NCBI RefSeq assembly: GCF_010692685.1
Contig: NZ_JAAHGU010000008.1
Span: 233,619-261,380, forward strand
Source of the DNA: Okeania sp. SIO2F5
Lineage (GTDB): Bacteria; Cyanobacteriota; Cyanobacteriia; Cyanobacteriales; Microcoleaceae
Length of the DNA: 27,762 nt
Direction: 5' to 3'
Within the stretch, counting starts at the first letter, position 1; every line of letters starts with the position of its first letter. A program made the translations under genes and the position numbers. Under the pieces are notes generated by a model. That model was not told the origin of the DNA. It worked only from the letters and a program-made list of their open reading frames with translations, and searched no databases. Below, one piece after another: positions 26,042 through 27,762 of the stretch.

Positions 26042-27313
26042 CTATCTATTAGTAGGTGGAGTCCGTCGCCTTTGCAGAAAATCAGGAATATCCAATCCTG
26101 GTAATTTTTTCTGCTTCTCTGTGCTTTGAGTTGGAGTTGGAGTTGGAGTTGGTATCGACCTTCTTGGCTGTGATATTTCCTGGGTAGGATTCATTTGTGC
26201 TTCTCCACTAAAACCAGTTGCTATGACAGTAATTTTGATTTCTCCCTGCAATTTCTCATCAATTACAGCCCCAAAAATAATATTGGCATTAGGATCGACA
26301 ACTTCATAGATAGTCTCAGCAGCAGTATTAACTTCATGTAACGTTAAATCAGTTCCGCCAGTAATATTAAATACCACCCCTCTAGCTCCTTCCACAGAAG
26401 ATTCCAGTAAAGGAGAAGAAATGGCCATATTTGCTGCTTCTCTTGCCCTAGACTTCCCAGACCCCATACCAATTCCCATCAAGGCTGAACCTGCATCTGC
26501 CATCACTGCTCGTACATCGGCAAAGTCAACATTCACCAACCCAGGCACAGTAATAATATCTGAAATTCCTTGTATACCTTGACGTAATATATCATCTGCA
26601 ATTCTAAAAGCTTCCTGTACGGGAGTTTGTTCATTAATTACAGATAGCAAACGATTATTGGGAATTACGATTAAAGTATCAACTCTACTTTGTAAAGCAG
26701 CAACTCCTTCATCAGCTTGAGTAATTCGACGTCTTCCCTCGAAAGTGAAGGGACGCGTCACAATACCCACTGTCAGAGATCCTGCTTCTTTAGCAATTTC
26801 AGCTATAACGGGTGCTGCACCAGTACCAGTACCACCTCCCATTCCAGCAGTAATAAATACTAAATCGGGGTGGTCTAAAGCATTAGCTATTTCATCCCTA
26901 GATTCTTCAGCCGCTTTTTGGCCAATAGCCGGATTACCCCCTGCCCCCAAACCTCTTGTGAGTTTTTGTCCAAGTTGTAAGCGTTTAGGAGCATTGGACA
27001 GGGTTAGAGCTTGGGCATCTGTATTAACTGTCCAGAATTCTATACCAGAAACCTCACTAGCAATCATTCGGTTAACAGCATTGCCGCCACCCCCTCCAAC
27101 ACCTATTACTTTAATTTTTGCTGTATTACTTGGCACAATATCATCACTCCTAGATTCTTTCTTTGGGGTGGCTTTGGGGTCATAATTTTGTTCTCCATAA
27201 AGTCCCGAGCTATTGCGAAAGGGATTAGAGAGATTTTTTGGTAATGGAAAATTTCCTTGTCCTTGGGATTGGGGACTTTCACTGTTGACCCCTTGTTGAT
27301 TATTCACTATCAT
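26042..27313 (-). CDS. ftsZ: Cell division GTPase FtsZ, with the Nostocales-type N-terminal extension
   Basis: [14 protein letters not shown], tubulin signature [21 protein letters not shown]7 loop NVDFADV, and a C-terminal [10 protein letters not shown] peptide. Confidence 0.95.
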   Translation of the reverse strand: MIVNNQQGVNSESPQSQGQGNFPLPKNLSNPFRNSSGLYGEQNYDPKATPKKESRSDDIVPSNTAKIKVIGVGGGGGNAVNRMIASEVSGIEFWTVNTDAQALTLSNAPKRLQLGQKLTRGLGAGGNPAIGQKAAEESRDEIANALDHPDLVFITAGMGGGTGTGAAPVIAEIAKEAGSLTVGIVTRPFTFEGRRRITQADEGVAALQSRVDTLIVIPNNRLLSVINEQTPVQEAFRIADDILRQGIQGISDIITVPGLVNVDFADVRAVMADAGSALMGIGMGSGKSRAREAANMAISSPLLESSVEGARGVVFNITGGTDLTLHEVNTAAETIYEVVDPNANIIFGAVIDEKLQGEIKITVIATGFSGEAQMNPTQEISQPRRSIPTPTPTPTQSTEKQKKLPGLDIPDFLQRRRTPPTNR

Positions 27314-27608
27314 TTTTGGGGATGGTAGATATATAGTATTTTTAAATTTTAATTTAATTTATACCTTATTACCAGAATAGCTCTTAGCATAGGTTAATCA
27401 GTCATATTCTAAAGCATGGTGAAGTTCTCTCTCGTTAAAATCGGAGATGATAACGGGAGCTTCTCAAACAAAGAAGTTTCTTGCTCCTGCTGGCGCAACG
27501 TTGCACGAACACAGGTTGATTAACGTCTTACGCCTCCACAAGCAGGCAAGATGATACCCACCTCGTTTAATGTTTTATTGCAATATGTTAATTGCAGCAT
27601 TCTCATCT

Positions 27609-27662
27609 CTATCTAAAACTATTTTACATAATGGACTATCTAAAACTATTTTACATAATGGA
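27609..27662. repeat. Perfect 27-bp tandem duplication (ctatctaaaactattttacataatgga x2), about 300-350 bp upstream of the ftsZ start codon
   Basis: Direct reading shows 27609-27635 identical to 27636-27662. Confidence 0.9.
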
Positions 27663-27762
27663 CAAGAATGAATTCTAACTGATCAAGTTAATGGTACTTT
27701 CTGACCACAATTACTACAATGAGTGAAAGGTATGATTCGGGTTGACTTTAATTACATGAACA

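Noticed and set aside
26745-27244. Two plus-strand ORFs (146 aa and 77 aa) inside ftsZ
   Set aside because: Antisense to the Gly-rich FtsZ coding region, and Pro/Ala-rich for that reason. ftsZ is unambiguous.

Overview
This 27.8-kb window looks like chromosomal DNA from a filamentous, Nostocales-type cyanobacterium. The evidence is five HIP1 octamers (GCGATCGC at 5561, 6899, 16629, 17655 and 21061), abundant heptameric STRR tracts (CCTTCTT, CTCCTGA, AGTCAGA, CTTTTGA, CATTATC), many small MITE-like dispersed repeats in intergenic DNA, and an FtsZ with the long N-terminal extension typical of these organisms. Recognisable housekeeping genes are ftsH (15074..16915 +), thiD (24940..25752 -) and ftsZ (26042..27313 -). 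Between them lies a glycan-modification locus that I do not recognise as a characterised system:
- a single 2557-aa ORF (3910..11583, -) that fuses four glycosyltransferase domains of different families (GnT-I/GT13-like, GT4, GT2, OGT/GT41-like) with two SAM-dependent methyltransferase domains, an intragenic tandem-repeat linker and three paralogous helical modules;
- next to it, a second reading frame (12326..14038, -) encoding a methyltransferase-like domain, TPR repeats and an FkbM methyltransferase, interrupted by one in-frame TGA;
- further along, a polytopic GT-C-like membrane protein (20352..22172 -) convergent with a small secreted protein made of three near-identical 47-aa repeats (19599..20138 +).
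The locus is bracketed by inverted copies of a ~140-bp MITE, and the giant gene by direct copies of another composite MITE. One MITE insertion can be seen directly by comparing two paralogous copies of a methyltransferase 3' end. Other items are an IS630-family transposase remnant carrying a 23-bp tandem duplication, a ComFB-family (cyclic-dinucleotide receptor) gene preceded by a DndE-like small ORF and a perfect palindrome, a 3x137-bp tandem array with an internal palindrome upstream of the giant gene, a 287-bp-period repeat block at 17.9-18.7 kb, a nested MITE-in-MITE insertion, and a perfect 27-bp tandem duplication upstream of ftsZ. All calls come from reading the sequence and from remembered family motifs. 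No database search was run.
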